From an uncultured Thermoplasmata archaeon (GTDB lineage Archaea > Thermoplasmatota > Thermoplasmata > Halarchaeoplasmatales > Halarchaeoplasmataceae): a stretch of DNA of 52,163 nt. The notes beneath the pieces were generated by a model. It was not told the origin of the DNA, searched no databases, and was given only the letters and a program-made list of their open reading frames with translations. The stretch is from contig CAYNOV010000001.1 in assembly GCA_964398905.1 (NCBI GenBank), positions 1 to 52,163 of the forward strand, read 5' to 3'. Position numbers and translations under genes: made by a program. Each line of letters begins with the position of its first letter. Position 1 is the first letter of the stretch. Below, piece after piece: positions 19,039 through 28,700 of this stretch.

Positions 19039-20838
19039 TTGTTGGATGAGGACCAAACCATAGAAGCATTAAAATCTATGAAAAAGAGTGACTTCCAGAA
19101 TATCTGCTCGGAACTACTTGAAAATATGGGATTCGAAATTTCATCATTAGAGAACAGAGATGGGTCCTTGCTGATCGAAGGCGAGATCGAAAGAGGTGGG
19201 AGATCTCGAGAATATCTGATAAAATGTTGCAGAGATGAGGATGATCTAAAAGAAGAAGTGACTCAACTCCACGATATTTTAAGCGGAGATAAACACGGTC
19301 TGTATTTGACGACTAGTCTGAGAGATAAACCTATAGAAAAAACGGATCGCATAGAATTTGTTGGAGGTACACCCTTTTATAAATTATTAAAAAAGCTAAA
19401 TATGATATCAGCGATCGAAGATATCAAGAGTTCCAAAACTGACAAAGCGGACGTGATAGATGATGAAACAAATTTACAGGATGAAACTTCAAAGATCAAA
19501 AGTCTAGGGGAAAAAGGAAAAAAAGCCTATAAAGAGCAGGAATATCTCAAAGCTGTATCTTTTTTCGAAGAAGTCGTCGATATCGATCCTGAGGAAGAAG
19601 CCGCATGGAACAATAAGGCTCTTTGCCATCTAAAAATAGGCGATCACGAAAAGGCTATGGATTCTATAAAAAAGGCGATCTCAATCGATCCTGATTTTGA
19701 AGAGGCTTATCTTAACAAAGCCTTGATACACGAAAAAACAGGAGAGATAGAGGAGGCAAAAAGGTCAGCTGAAAAATTGATAGATTTAGATCCTAAAAAT
19801 CCAGAATATCACTACATCAAAGCTGCTTATCAGAAGAAGCTCGGTGAACTCGAAGAGGCTAAAATCTCTGTCCAAGAGGTTTTGGAGATAGATCCCGATT
19901 TCGAAAAAGCCAAAAAGATGCACGAAGAACTGGTCGAAGAAACAAAGGTGAGCGATTTTGGTGAAGCGAAAAAAGAACTTGAGAAAAGGATAGAAAGTCT
20001 TGAAGAAAAGAATCAGGAACTAGAAGAGAAAATAAAAGAGAAAGGATCTAAAATCGAGGAGTTGGAGAAACAGATCGATAGAGAAAAGGAGATAGCTGAA
20101 GCCAAGATAAAAGAGAAGGCAGACGAGATAAAGAAACTACAAAATCAAATACAAAAAGAAAAAGAATTGAAAAATGAAAAAGTCCAAGAGAAAGAAGAGA
20201 AAATAAAAGAACTGAAAAGCGAAATGGAAAATATCGAAAGTGTGACTAGTGATGATCTAGAAGAAAAAGAATCCAGGATAGAAGAATTAGAAGATCAACT
20301 TCAAGAAGAAAAAGAAATGAAAAATCAAGAGATTGAAAAAAAAGAGAAAAGGATAGAAGAATTGGAAAATCAACTTCAAGATAAGGGAGATGCAACTTCA
20401 GAGAAGATAAAAGAAAAAGAAGAAAAGATCGAAGAATTAGATGAGAAAGTAGAAGAGCTGGAATCTGAGATCTCAAATTTAGAAAAGAAGAAAAAGCAGA
20501 GCGAAAATAAATTCAAGATGGAAAAAAATAGGCTCCGAAACACAATAAAATTAAAACAAGAACGGATAAGTCATCTTCAAGAAGAAAATGAAGAGTTGAA
20601 AGAAAAACTCCAGAGATCTGAAAACGAAGAACCTTCTACTCAGAAAAAGAAAAAAGAAGCCGTTGAAGAATTTCAAAAACTGAAGAATGTCGGACCCGAA
20701 CTGGCAAACAGGATCTATGAATGTGGTTTTGAAGATATAGAAGAACTTAAACAAGCTTCTAAAAAAGAACTAAGTGAGATAAAAGGGATGGGAACTGCAT
20801 TGTCTGAAAAGATATATGAAAATCTACATGAGGATTAA
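19039..20838 (+). CDS. Multidomain protein: Mrr-like (PD-(D/E)xK-type) N-terminus, about 4 TPRs, long coiled coil, C-terminal (HhH)2
   Basis: TTG start 6 nt after an AAGGTGG Shine-Dalgarno. N-terminus: FQNICSELLENMGFEI...DGSLLIEGEIE...YLIKCC. TPRs: AWNNKALCHLKIGDHEKAMDSIKKAISIDPDFEEAYLNKALIHEKTGEIEEA. Then about 245 aa of E/K heptads with repeated IEELE.QLQ. C-terminus: FQKLKNVGPELANRIYECGF...LSEIKGMGTALSEKIYENL. Confidence 0.55.
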   Translation: MLDEDQTIEALKSMKKSDFQNICSELLENMGFEISSLENRDGSLLIEGEIERGGRSREYLIKCCRDEDDLKEEVTQLHDILSGDKHGLYLTTSLRDKPIEKTDRIEFVGGTPFYKLLKKLNMISAIEDIKSSKTDKADVIDDETNLQDETSKIKSLGEKGKKAYKEQEYLKAVSFFEEVVDIDPEEEAAWNNKALCHLKIGDHEKAMDSIKKAISIDPDFEEAYLNKALIHEKTGEIEEAKRSAEKLIDLDPKNPEYHYIKAAYQKKLGELEEAKISVQEVLEIDPDFEKAKKMHEELVEETKVSDFGEAKKELEKRIESLEEKNQELEEKIKEKGSKIEELEKQIDREKEIAEAKIKEKADEIKKLQNQIQKEKELKNEKVQEKEEKIKELKSEMENIESVTSDDLEEKESRIEELEDQLQEEKEMKNQEIEKKEKRIEELENQLQDKGDATSEKIKEKEEKIEELDEKVEELESEISNLEKKKKQSENKFKMEKNRLRNTIKLKQERISHLQEENEELKEKLQRSENEEPSTQKKKKEAVEEFQKLKNVGPELANRIYECGFEDIEELKQASKKELSEIKGMGTALSEKIYENLHED

Positions 20839-20857
20839 AAAATTAAAAAAAAATCTG

Positions 20858-21229
20858 TTATTTTCCTATCACATTTTCTACTTCTTCTAAAACACCTTCC
20901 TTGTCAAAAGGTTTGATGATATAACCTTCTGCGCCCTTTTTCATAGCCTCAGTGACCTTTTCATTCTGTCCAACTGATGTGACCATTATCACTTTTTGAT
21001 CTGGGTTTTTTTCCTTTATTTTAGAGAGAGCTTCCAAACCATCCATCTCCGGCATTATGACATCCATAGTGACTAGATCTGGCTTTTGATCTTCGACCAT
21101 CTCAACTCCTTCTTTACCGTTTTTTGCCTCTCCTACAACTTCATACTGATCTGAAAGCATATCTCTTAACATCTTTCGCATGAATTGAGTATCATCGACA
21201 ACCAATACACTTTTAGGCATGGCAGACAC
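20858..21229 (-). CDS. cheY: Chemotaxis response regulator CheY
   Basis: 123-aa single receiver domain: VLVVDDTQFMRKML, phospho-acceptor context DLVTMDVIMPEMDG, YIIKPF. Confidence 0.9.
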   Translation of the reverse strand: MSAMPKSVLVVDDTQFMRKMLRDMLSDQYEVVGEAKNGKEGVEMVEDQKPDLVTMDVIMPEMDGLEALSKIKEKNPDQKVIMVTSVGQNEKVTEAMKKGAEGYIIKPFDKEGVLEEVENVIGK

Positions 21230-21327
21230 ACATTCTATAGGACATATTTATTATTTCTTATGTTTTTTGATTAAGAGATCCATCGATTCACTCAAAAAGT
21301 CTATCCCTTTTTTCAATACGTGGGAAA

Positions 21328-21339
21328 CTAATATATAAA
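21328..21339 (+). promoter_or_regulatory. Candidate archaeal TATA box for the cheC-cheD-mcp-cheW-cheW-cheR transcription unit
   Basis: TAATATATAAAC lies about 26-37 nt upstream of the cheC ATG (21365). Such strings are common in AT-rich DNA, so support is weak. Confidence 0.25.
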
Positions 21340-21364
21340 CGGAACAAATTGATTACTCTATATT

Positions 21365-21988
21365 ATGGAAAACAAGCACGACAAACAAACAAAAATAGAA
21401 TTAAATGAGGATAATCTCTTTCTGTTGAGGGAGATCCTAGAAACAGCAGCTAGAAAAGCAGCAGAATCCATCTCTAAGATGTTGGGGACTCCAGTAGAGA
21501 CCGAAATATTGAACATCTATACTAATCCCTTAGAACTTGTTGAGAAAGAATTCGATCAAGAAAATTTGGGGATCATACTTTACTCTGAGCTTAAGGAAGG
21601 TGAAGGAGGGATAACCCTCTTCGTGATGGACGAAGATAGCGCTATAACTCTAGCTCAAAACCTTCTCGGTAAGAAAGACCAGGCTGAAGGCGAACTCGGT
21701 GAACAGGAGAGGAGCGCTCTTAGAGAAGTAGGAAATATACTACTCGGCAATTTTCTAGCAGAAGTAGGAGACTATTTCGATATCCCTATTCTACATACTC
21801 CTCCAGAATTAAAACATGATATGATAGGTGTTTACCTGGAGAATCTATTGACTTATTCCGAAAGTCTAGAGAACAGCGCCATAATTTCGGAAGTCAAGTT
21901 GAAGGCCAAAGGAGTCGGCGTAAAGGGGAGATACATACTCCTGCCCAGTGATGAACTCACAGAAGATTTTATCGATAATCTATTTTGA
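21365..21988 (+). CDS. cheC: CheC-family CheY-P phosphatase
   Basis: The second-half motif fits S-x3-E-x2-N-x22-P exactly: SALREVGNILLGNFLAEVGDYFDIPILHTPP. The first-half site is degenerate: LLREILETAARKAAESISKML. Confidence 0.8.
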   Translation: MENKHDKQTKIELNEDNLFLLREILETAARKAAESISKMLGTPVETEILNIYTNPLELVEKEFDQENLGIILYSELKEGEGGITLFVMDEDSAITLAQNLLGKKDQAEGELGEQERSALREVGNILLGNFLAEVGDYFDIPILHTPPELKHDMIGVYLENLLTYSESLENSAIISEVKLKAKGVGVKGRYILLPSDELTEDFIDNLF

Positions 21989-22058
21989 AGATGAAAAAAG
22001 ATCTGTATCTAAAAGATGGAGAAGGACCCATGATTATCACGATCAAGAGGTAATCCGC

Positions 22059-22514
22059 ATGACTGAAGAGATAGAACTCAGGATCGGAGAAATGGAAATA
22101 ACGAACTCTAAAGGAATCTTGACTGCTAGAGCTCTAGGCTCTTGCGTAGCTGTGGCCATCTATGATAGACAGAATGAAGTGGGCGGTATGGCACATGTTC
22201 TTCTAGGAAATGGTAAAAGAAAAAAAGAAGGAAGATCTTGTATGTATGCGGATGAGGCAGTTGAAAATTTGATCAAGGGTATAATCAGTAAAGGAGGACG
22301 TAGAAGGAATTTGAAAGCTAAGATTGCAGGGGGAGCAAGTATGTTCTCAAGTACTTCTGCGGGTAAGATCGGCAAAAAAAATGTGAAAACTGTCAGAAGA
22401 GAATTAGAGGATAGAAATATCCCTATCGAAGGAGAAGATATCGGGGGAACTCACGCTAGAAATGTCAGATTCAAGGTCGGTTCGATGTCTATGAAAGTGG
22501 AAGTCAAGATTTGA
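22059..22514 (+). CDS. cheD: Chemoreceptor glutamine deamidase CheD
   Basis: ALGSCVAVAIYD (catalytic Cys), GGMAHVLL, AKIAGGASMF, GGTHARNVRF. I chose the ATG at 22059, which is preceded by AAGAGG. The track start at 21948 would overlap cheC by 41 nt. Confidence 0.85.
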   Translation: MTEEIELRIGEMEITNSKGILTARALGSCVAVAIYDRQNEVGGMAHVLLGNGKRKKEGRSCMYADEAVENLIKGIISKGGRRRNLKAKIAGGASMFSSTSAGKIGKKNVKTVRRELEDRNIPIEGEDIGGTHARNVRFKVGSMSMKVEVKI

Positions 22515-22602
22515 ATTTTTCGCCTTTAAAATATTCAGAATGAAAAATTTTCAAAATGTTTAAATAATTCAAATATCTACTAAATATAAGGTTGTTTTAA
22601 TC

Positions 22603-24750
22603 ATGCAATTAAGATTACCCACATTATTAGGGACCATCATAGTGATGTTCGTTTTTATAGGGATCTGGTATATTTTCTTCAGAAAGAGCTTGGTTTTCAA
22701 ATTCGTTTTTCTTTTATTCGCTATCTCTGGAATGTATTATTACATAGGAAACGTCGTAGCGCCTATGGATCAGACCAGTAGACTGCTTATAATGATTCCG
22801 CTGAATGCATTTGTCGCTATTTCCCTGACTTATTACATCAAGAGATACATTGTTGGACCATTAAATGAGTTAAAAGAGAATTCAAAAAAAGTTGCAAAGG
22901 GCGATTTCAGTCAAGAGATAAATGTAGTTTCTAGTAGAGATGAAGTAGGTGAACTTTCCTCTGCCTTTGCTAAGATGAAAGATGACTTCTCTAACAGTAT
23001 TTTAAGGATACAAAAAACATTGAAGTCGCTTTCAAAAGGCAATCTCAACGAAAGAATAGATGTAGAGGATCTAGAGGGCGATTACAAAACGATGGCCATA
23101 ACCATCAATGAGAGTATAGAAGGTGTAGATAGGTCACTGAAGGAGATCAAAAGAGTGATGAATGATTTAGAAAAAGGTGATCTGCAAACCAGGATATCCG
23201 AAGAAGGGCTTGAAGGCGAGTACAAAAAGATGGGAAGATCTGTCAATCAAAGTATCGATGCTGTGGAAAATTCTATGGAAAAGATCAACGAAACGATGAA
23301 AGAAGTAGCTGAAGGAAAACTAGTTACTCGGATAAAAACAGAGGAGCTCGAGGGTGATTACAGAGAGATGGCTGAATCGGTTAACGAGAACATCGGAAAA
23401 GTGAAAGGGGTCATGAAAAATATAAAAGGTGTGATGAATTCCCTCGCATCTGGTGAACTGGACATAGAACTAGATTCTAGTGAAATGCAGGGAGATTATA
23501 AAGTGATGGCCTTATCTGTAAATCAGAGTATAAATACCATGAGCGATTCTTTAGATCAAATAAATAAAGTGATGAGAAACCTTGCTGAGGGAAAATTAGA
23601 TGTTGGGATCGAAACCGAAGAACTTTCTGGAGATTTTGAAGAGATGAGCGTATCGGTCAATGAAGCATTGACTATAATAAAAAATTCTATACAGCAGATC
23701 AAGGAAGTTATGGAGGCACTAGCGAACGGTGATCTGAATAAACAGATAGATGTGGAAGATTTAAACGGAGAGTATCTAGTGATCGGAGAGGCGGTGAATC
23801 AAAGCATCAAAAACACAAGGGAAAATATAAGCAGGTTGAAAGATGTTACCCGAGAGCTTGACGGATCATCAGAAACGTTAGCAGCTTCTGCTGAGGAGTT
23901 GAGAACTACGGCAGAAAACGTGGCTGAGTCCGTTCAAAACATATCTCAAGGCACATCTGAACAATTCAGGATGGCAGAAGATCTAGCAAGTACTGTCGAA
24001 GACTCCGCAGCTAATATGGAAGAAACATCAGCTTCTGCCGAGGATATAGCCGCTTCCGCGGAGGAAGTAGCCGCTCAAACAGACGAAGGTCAGAAGTTCG
24101 CTGAAGAGGCGTCTAATCAGGTCACGGAACTCAAAGAAATATTAGATAGAACCGCAGAAAAAGTTCAGCATCTAGATGAACAATCCAATCAGATAGGAGA
24201 AGTCATAGATACGATTTCAAATATAGCCGAACAAACTAACCTTCTTGCGCTCAATGCCTCTATCGAAGCAGCTAGAGCAGGAAAGCACGGTGAGGGCTTT
24301 GCTGTAGTTGCGGATTCAGTGAGGGAGCTAGCTGAAGAGACCCAAGTTGAGACGGAAAATATCAAGGAGATCATAGAAAGTACGCAGGAGAATGCGAAGG
24401 AAGTGGTCGAAAGTGTGAAGGCTGTTAGTGAAAAGGCCGAAAATGTAGATGGTGTCACCAAAGAGAATTTGAATGCTCTCGATCAGATAAGGGAGGCGAC
24501 AGATTCAGTTTCTAAATCCATACAGGAGATCTCTAGAGCTGTTGACGAGGTATCTGGAAAACTACAAGATTCAGCCACTAAAGTGAAATCAGTCACTGAG
24601 ATAGCCGATGAGACATCTGATCAAGCAGAATCTGTAGCCGCTGCAGCTGAAGAACAAAATGCTTCCGTTGAAGAACTGTCCACGAACGCTCAACAGCTTT
24701 CTACTTTAGCCGACAACTTATCAAGGTTGATAGATAAGTATGATCTCTGA
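22603..24750 (+). CDS. Methyl-accepting chemotaxis protein (transducer) with N-terminal TM bundle, HAMP plus six tandem HAMP-like units, and MCP signalling domain
   Basis: Three hydrophobic segments in aa 8-79 and no sizeable extracellular domain. HAMP: [21 protein letters not shown]...[13 protein letters not shown]. Highly conserved MCP tip: [38 protein letters not shown]. Confidence 0.9.
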   Translation: MQLRLPTLLGTIIVMFVFIGIWYIFFRKSLVFKFVFLLFAISGMYYYIGNVVAPMDQTSRLLIMIPLNAFVAISLTYYIKRYIVGPLNELKENSKKVAKGDFSQEINVVSSRDEVGELSSAFAKMKDDFSNSILRIQKTLKSLSKGNLNERIDVEDLEGDYKTMAITINESIEGVDRSLKEIKRVMNDLEKGDLQTRISEEGLEGEYKKMGRSVNQSIDAVENSMEKINETMKEVAEGKLVTRIKTEELEGDYREMAESVNENIGKVKGVMKNIKGVMNSLASGELDIELDSSEMQGDYKVMALSVNQSINTMSDSLDQINKVMRNLAEGKLDVGIETEELSGDFEEMSVSVNEALTIIKNSIQQIKEVMEALANGDLNKQIDVEDLNGEYLVIGEAVNQSIKNTRENISRLKDVTRELDGSSETLAASAEELRTTAENVAESVQNISQGTSEQFRMAEDLASTVEDSAANMEETSASAEDIAASAEEVAAQTDEGQKFAEEASNQVTELKEILDRTAEKVQHLDEQSNQIGEVIDTISNIAEQTNLLALNASIEAARAGKHGEGFAVVADSVRELAEETQVETENIKEIIESTQENAKEVVESVKAVSEKAENVDGVTKENLNALDQIREATDSVSKSIQEISRAVDEVSGKLQDSATKVKSVTEIADETSDQAESVAAAAEEQNASVEELSTNAQQLSTLADNLSRLIDKYDL
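23020..23847 (+). repeat. Six in-frame tandem 138-nt (46-aa) HAMP-like repeat units inside the MCP gene
   Basis: Units start at aa 140, 186, 232, 278, 324 and 370, a strict 46-aa period. Consensus: M..L..G.L..RI..EELEGDY..MA.SVN.SI......L..I..V. Confidence 0.8.
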
Positions 24751-24844
24751 TCATCTTAAGCCAAAAGGTAAAAGTTTATTAAACCACTGATCGTTTCAGA
24801 GAAATGATGTCACTCGATGTTGAAAGTAGCTTTGAGGTGCTAAT

Positions 24845-25348
24845 ATGGGTATAAAGGAAGATATAGATTCTGATGAATCGATACAGATGGTTGTTTTCAG
24901 GGTAGGTGATGATTATCTTTCCTGCCCTATATCACAAGTTAGAGAGATAATACAACTCGAAGAAGTCACATCCGTACCTTCTACCCCTGATAAGATAAGA
25001 GGCATCATAAACAGGAGAGGAGAGATCATAACCGTCGTCGATCTTCCGAAGATATTAGGTCTTGATATCGAACTAGATGAAGAAGATTCTCAACTCATGA
25101 TCTTGTTTGACGAGCATATCGGTGTGATGGCTTCAGAAGTCACAGAGATACCCACTATTTCAACTGATGAGATAGAACCACCTTCAAAGGCACTAGAGAC
25201 ACCTGTCAATAAAAAATATCTCGAAGGTATAGTAAAACACGAAACTGAACTCATACTGTTGACGGATCTGATATCTATGGTGAAGAATCTCTCAGGCGAA
25301 GGTCTAAAGATGGCTGAAGAATTCAGGGATAAAGAACCTAAAGAATAA
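24845..25348 (+). CDS. cheW: Chemotaxis coupling protein CheW
   Basis: GAGGTG Shine-Dalgarno. MVVFRVGDDYLSCPISQVREII, IRGIINRRGEIITVVDLPKILG. Confidence 0.9.
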   Translation: MGIKEDIDSDESIQMVVFRVGDDYLSCPISQVREIIQLEEVTSVPSTPDKIRGIINRRGEIITVVDLPKILGLDIELDEEDSQLMILFDEHIGVMASEVTEIPTISTDEIEPPSKALETPVNKKYLEGIVKHETELILLTDLISMVKNLSGEGLKMAEEFRDKEPKE

Positions 25349-25406
25349 ATCGACTTTGATCACTCGACGATCAGTTTAATTTTATGCTCTCGTGAGGTGT
25401 TAGATA

Positions 25407-25934
25407 GTGGTTAACGATCTGCATGATAAAGATGATGGACCTAAAAAAGACAGAAATGAAGAGAATAAGAAGCCTCAAAACAAAAAAATGTTCACTGTTT
25501 TTGAGTTGGATAATGAAGAATATGCTATAGAGATAGATATGATGAATGAGATCATCAAAGATGTCAATATATCTAATGTACCTGGATCCTCAAAAAATGT
25601 ATTAGGAGCAACGAACTTGAGAGGCGAGATAATCCCTGTTATCGATCTAAAAAAGATATTAGGTTTAGAGAAAACGGGTGAGGAGGTCCAAAACACGATC
25701 ATCATACATATAGATGAAAAAAAATGGGCCGCGCCCGTAGACAAAATAAAAGATATAGTCTCTCCAAATACGGATCAACTTGTCGACCCCTCTAAAATAA
25801 CCAACCTAGACGGTAGAAGGCTTAGATGGATCATAAGACTTGAAAAAGGTCGTAGTGTTCGAGTGATAAATGCACAAAAGCTCCTGGAAGAGGAGGTCAA
25901 AGACGTAGATATAGAGAGCGAACAGAAAGAATAG
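25407..25934 (+). CDS. cheW: Second CheW-domain protein (K/E-rich N-terminal extension)
   Basis: GTG start 8 nt after GAGGTG. FTVFELDNEEYAIEIDMMNEII, VLGATNLRGEIIPVIDLKKILG. Confidence 0.8.
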   Translation: MVNDLHDKDDGPKKDRNEENKKPQNKKMFTVFELDNEEYAIEIDMMNEIIKDVNISNVPGSSKNVLGATNLRGEIIPVIDLKKILGLEKTGEEVQNTIIIHIDEKKWAAPVDKIKDIVSPNTDQLVDPSKITNLDGRRLRWIIRLEKGRSVRVINAQKLLEEEVKDVDIESEQKE

Positions 25935-25942
25935 GTGGATAT

Positions 25943-26767
25943 ATGGAAGGACTAGAAAACGATACTGATTCCCAGGGGTTTAAGAGGTTAAGAAAAGAGG
26001 TCTCAAGGAGAATAGGGGTAGATTATACGAATTACTCTAAATCACATCTGAGGAGAAGATTTCATGCAAGGATGAGAGTCGTAGAGAAAAGCAAATTCAA
26101 AGACTATCTAAATTACCTGAAACATAATGAAGACGAGATAGCTGAATTGAGAGATCTCCTCACGGTTAACGTTACTAAATTCAAGAGAGACAAAGATGTA
26201 TGGAAACTTATAGAGGATGAAGTCATACCACAGATGATCAAAAAAAAGGAGGAAGACATCTTAAAAAATATCAAAGTATGGTCTGCTGGATGTGCAACCG
26301 GGGAAGAACCTTATTCTCTAGCTATAAGTTACCTAAATAATAACCCTTCTGAGGATCTAAAATTTAAGGTGACGGCCACCGATCTCGACGGCGAAGCACT
26401 GGACTTCGCCAAAAAAGGCACCTACCCAGAAAAATCCGTGAAAAATTTATCTAAAAACGAAAAAAGAAAGTATTTTGACCTAAAAAATGAAAATTGGGTA
26501 TTAGACGATAAGGTCAAAGATCTCGTTGATTTCAAAGAGCTAGATATCTTTGAAACCTCCTTTACAAAAAAATTCGACTTGATCCTATGCAGAAATCTTA
26601 TGATCTATTTTAGCAACGAATCAAAAACTGAGCTGATGATGAGATTAGCAGAAAGTTTGAATAGAGGAGGTTTTTTGATATTGGGCATGGCTGAAAATTT
26701 AAGAGCACCGGCTAGGGATCATTTAGAAACTTACGATCTTAGAAAAAGGATATTTTTCAAGAAGTAG
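25943..26767 (+). CDS. cheR: Chemotaxis protein methyltransferase CheR
   Basis: SAM-binding VWSAGCATGEEPYSLAI and DLILCRNLMIYF. Confidence 0.9.
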   Translation: MEGLENDTDSQGFKRLRKEVSRRIGVDYTNYSKSHLRRRFHARMRVVEKSKFKDYLNYLKHNEDEIAELRDLLTVNVTKFKRDKDVWKLIEDEVIPQMIKKKEEDILKNIKVWSAGCATGEEPYSLAISYLNNNPSEDLKFKVTATDLDGEALDFAKKGTYPEKSVKNLSKNEKRKYFDLKNENWVLDDKVKDLVDFKELDIFETSFTKKFDLILCRNLMIYFSNESKTELMMRLAESLNRGGFLILGMAENLRAPARDHLETYDLRKRIFFKK

Positions 26768-28700
26768 ATCTTATCCAGTGTAGGGTATCTAGTATGATGG
26801 CGATTGTTCCGTCCCCCAGTATCGTTGCGCCCATGAAACCTCCAAGGTCTTGAAGATTTTCGGGGAGTGGTTTTATGACTATCTCTTTTTCGGTGATCAC
26901 CTCATCTATGACGAATCCAGCGGTTTTATCCTCGTTCGAGACTATGACTATTTTGAGTTTTTCATTTTCCTCCTTGATAGAGCCTATAGATTCGTCTTCG
27001 AACTGATGTTTCAAATAGATAAGAGGTAGATATTCTTCTCTCAATCTGATGAAATCATTTCCCTCGATCTTTTCGACTTCTTCAGGAGGTATCTGTGCGG
27101 TCTCAACGATATCTTCCAATGGGATAGCATAACTACCATCTCCAACTTCGATCAAGAATGCCTGAATTATAGCTGCGGAAGGAGGTAAAGTGAGTTTTAT
27201 AGTAGTACCTTCATCTTTCTCCGAACTGATGCTGACCTCTCCACCTAAGGAATCCATGGTCTTTTTGACAACCTCCATCCCTACACCTCTACCCGATATC
27301 TCGGTGACTTCGTCCTTTGTAGAAAAATGGGGATTGAAGATCAACATATATATTCCTTCATCGTCCATATCTTTTGCTTCTTTTTCATCTATAAGACCAT
27401 TTTCTAGCGCTTTTTCTTTTATCTTTGTTTTATCCAGACCTCTTCCATCATCAGACACCTTTATTACCACGTTCTCTTCCTGCTGTTTCGCCGCGACTTT
27501 CAGCCTACCGACGGGAGGTTTTCCTTTCTTCTTCCTCTCTTCTACAGGTTCGATACCATGATCTATGGCGTTCCTAAGCAAATGTACCATCGGGTCTGTG
27601 ATCCTATCTAGGATCGTTCTATCCAATTCTATGTCTTCTCCTTCCATCTCAAATTCTATCCTTTTATCATTCTGTTTTGCCAGATCCCTGACCATCCTTG
27701 GAAACCTTCGGAAAACGCTCTCGACCTCTGTCATCTTTAGCCCTAAAACGGATTCTCTCAACTCGTTCGTTATCCTGTCTATCCTATTGGTAACATTAGA
27801 TAGTCTATCAGAGTCTAATGAACGGGAAAGGTCTTCAAGTGAGCCTTTAGAGATGACGAGTTCACTTATCAGATTCATTACGTGTTCGATCTCCTGTAGA
27901 TCGACTTTCAATTTGTTAGAAGTCTCTATCTTTTTCTTTTTCGTCTTGACCTGTTTTTCTATATCATCTTTCTCTTCTTTTTCTTCATCTAAAAAATCGA
28001 TCCCTTTAACCCTATGTATCTTGATATCCGATCCTGCCGTTTTGTCAAGATCTTCCTCATCTAGGATCTTATCAGTTATGATGTAAAAGTTATACTGATC
28101 CGGATCGGCCTCTTCCGGATCCGGCCAAAAAAGTTCATATTCAAAATCGATCCTTTCTCTGATCTGTACGCCTCTAGCAGAAGGCATCTCTTCATCTTTA
28201 GAGATCTCCACTATACCTAAAGTCAATTCTCTTTCAGGTTCTTGTTCAAATAACTCTCTTACCTTTAAAGGGAGTTCTTGAAAGTTTTGAATACCATCAT
28301 ATTTATCATCGATGACCTCGTCTGACATATGATCAGTATCTCCACCTTCTAATATGGAGTCAAGATCATCTATCAGATCCTTTACATCCAACTCTTGTCC
28401 TTCAGCCAACAACTCAATCGTATCGACACATTGGAATAAGATATCAAAATGTCCCTCATTGATCTTTTCTTCTTCCTTCTTCAATTTATCGAAAAGCTCT
28501 TCCATCCTGTGGCTTATCTTCTGTATCCCCTCGTAACCCATCGTTCCGGCCATACCTTTAAGAGTATGACTCGCTCTGTATATCTCTGCGATGTGTTCAA
28601 GATCATCTGGAGAACTTTCTAAATCTAAAAGATGATCGTTCATCTTGGCGATCTGTTCCTTCGTCTCCTCCTCAAACATCTCTTGGAAGTCTTCACTCAT
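26757..28700 (-). CDS. cheA: Chemotaxis histidine kinase CheA
   Basis: HPt: RASHTLKGMAGTMGY. N box: HLLRNAIDHGIE. G1: VSDDGRGLD. G2: ISGRGVGMEVVKK. C-terminal CheW-like domain. Confidence 0.95.
   Translation of the reverse strand: MSEDFQEMFEEETKEQIAKMNDHLLDLESSPDDLEHIAEIYRASHTLKGMAGTMGYEGIQKISHRMEELFDKLKKEEEKINEGHFDILFQCVDTIELLAEGQELDVKDLIDDLDSILEGGDTDHMSDEVIDDKYDGIQNFQELPLKVRELFEQEPERELTLGIVEISKDEEMPSARGVQIRERIDFEYELFWPDPEEADPDQYNFYIITDKILDEEDLDKTAGSDIKIHRVKGIDFLDEEKEEKDDIEKQVKTKKKKIETSNKLKVDLQEIEHVMNLISELVISKGSLEDLSRSLDSDRLSNVTNRIDRITNELRESVLGLKMTEVESVFRRFPRMVRDLAKQNDKRIEFEMEGEDIELDRTILDRITDPMVHLLRNAIDHGIEPVEERKKKGKPPVGRLKVAAKQQEENVVIKVSDDGRGLDKTKIKEKALENGLIDEKEAKDMDDEGIYMLIFNPHFSTKDEVTEISGRGVGMEVVKKTMDSLGGEVSISSEKDEGTTIKLTLPPSAAIIQAFLIEVGDGSYAIPLEDIVETAQIPPEEVEKIEGNDFIRLREEYLPLIYLKHQFEDESIGSIKEENEKLKIVIVSNEDKTAGFVIDEVITEKEIVIKPLPENLQDLGGFMGATILGDGTIAIILDTLHWIRSTS

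Noticed and set aside
19039-20838. The Mrr-like/TPR protein considered as part of an anti-phage defence system
   Set aside because: There is no partner methyltransferase, ATPase, helicase, toxin or other defence-associated gene nearby. The nuclease-fold call is weak, and the neighbours are housekeeping and che genes.
21948-22058. The N-terminal extension of CheD suggested by the track start. The same applies to 18376..18417 for the nitroreductase and 47917..47970 for the CDP-alcohol phosphatidyltransferase.
   Set aside because: The extensions overlap the upstream genes by 41-46 nt (14 nt for 47917), have atypical basic or odd composition and lack a Shine-Dalgarno. The internal ATGs have SD-like purine tracts or form an ATGA stop-start overlap, and they coincide with where family homology begins.
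27190-28086. Long antisense ORFs. Examples: 27190..27561 and 27565..28086 opposite cheA, 14810..15259 opposite pepF, 15851..16315, 34683..35201, 46431..46886, 49852..50283, 11714..12073, 41428..41775
   Set aside because: All are S/L/F/I-rich low-complexity translations. This is the expected mirror image of GAA/GAT/AAA-rich sense codons. Each lies opposite a gene with strong family motifs.
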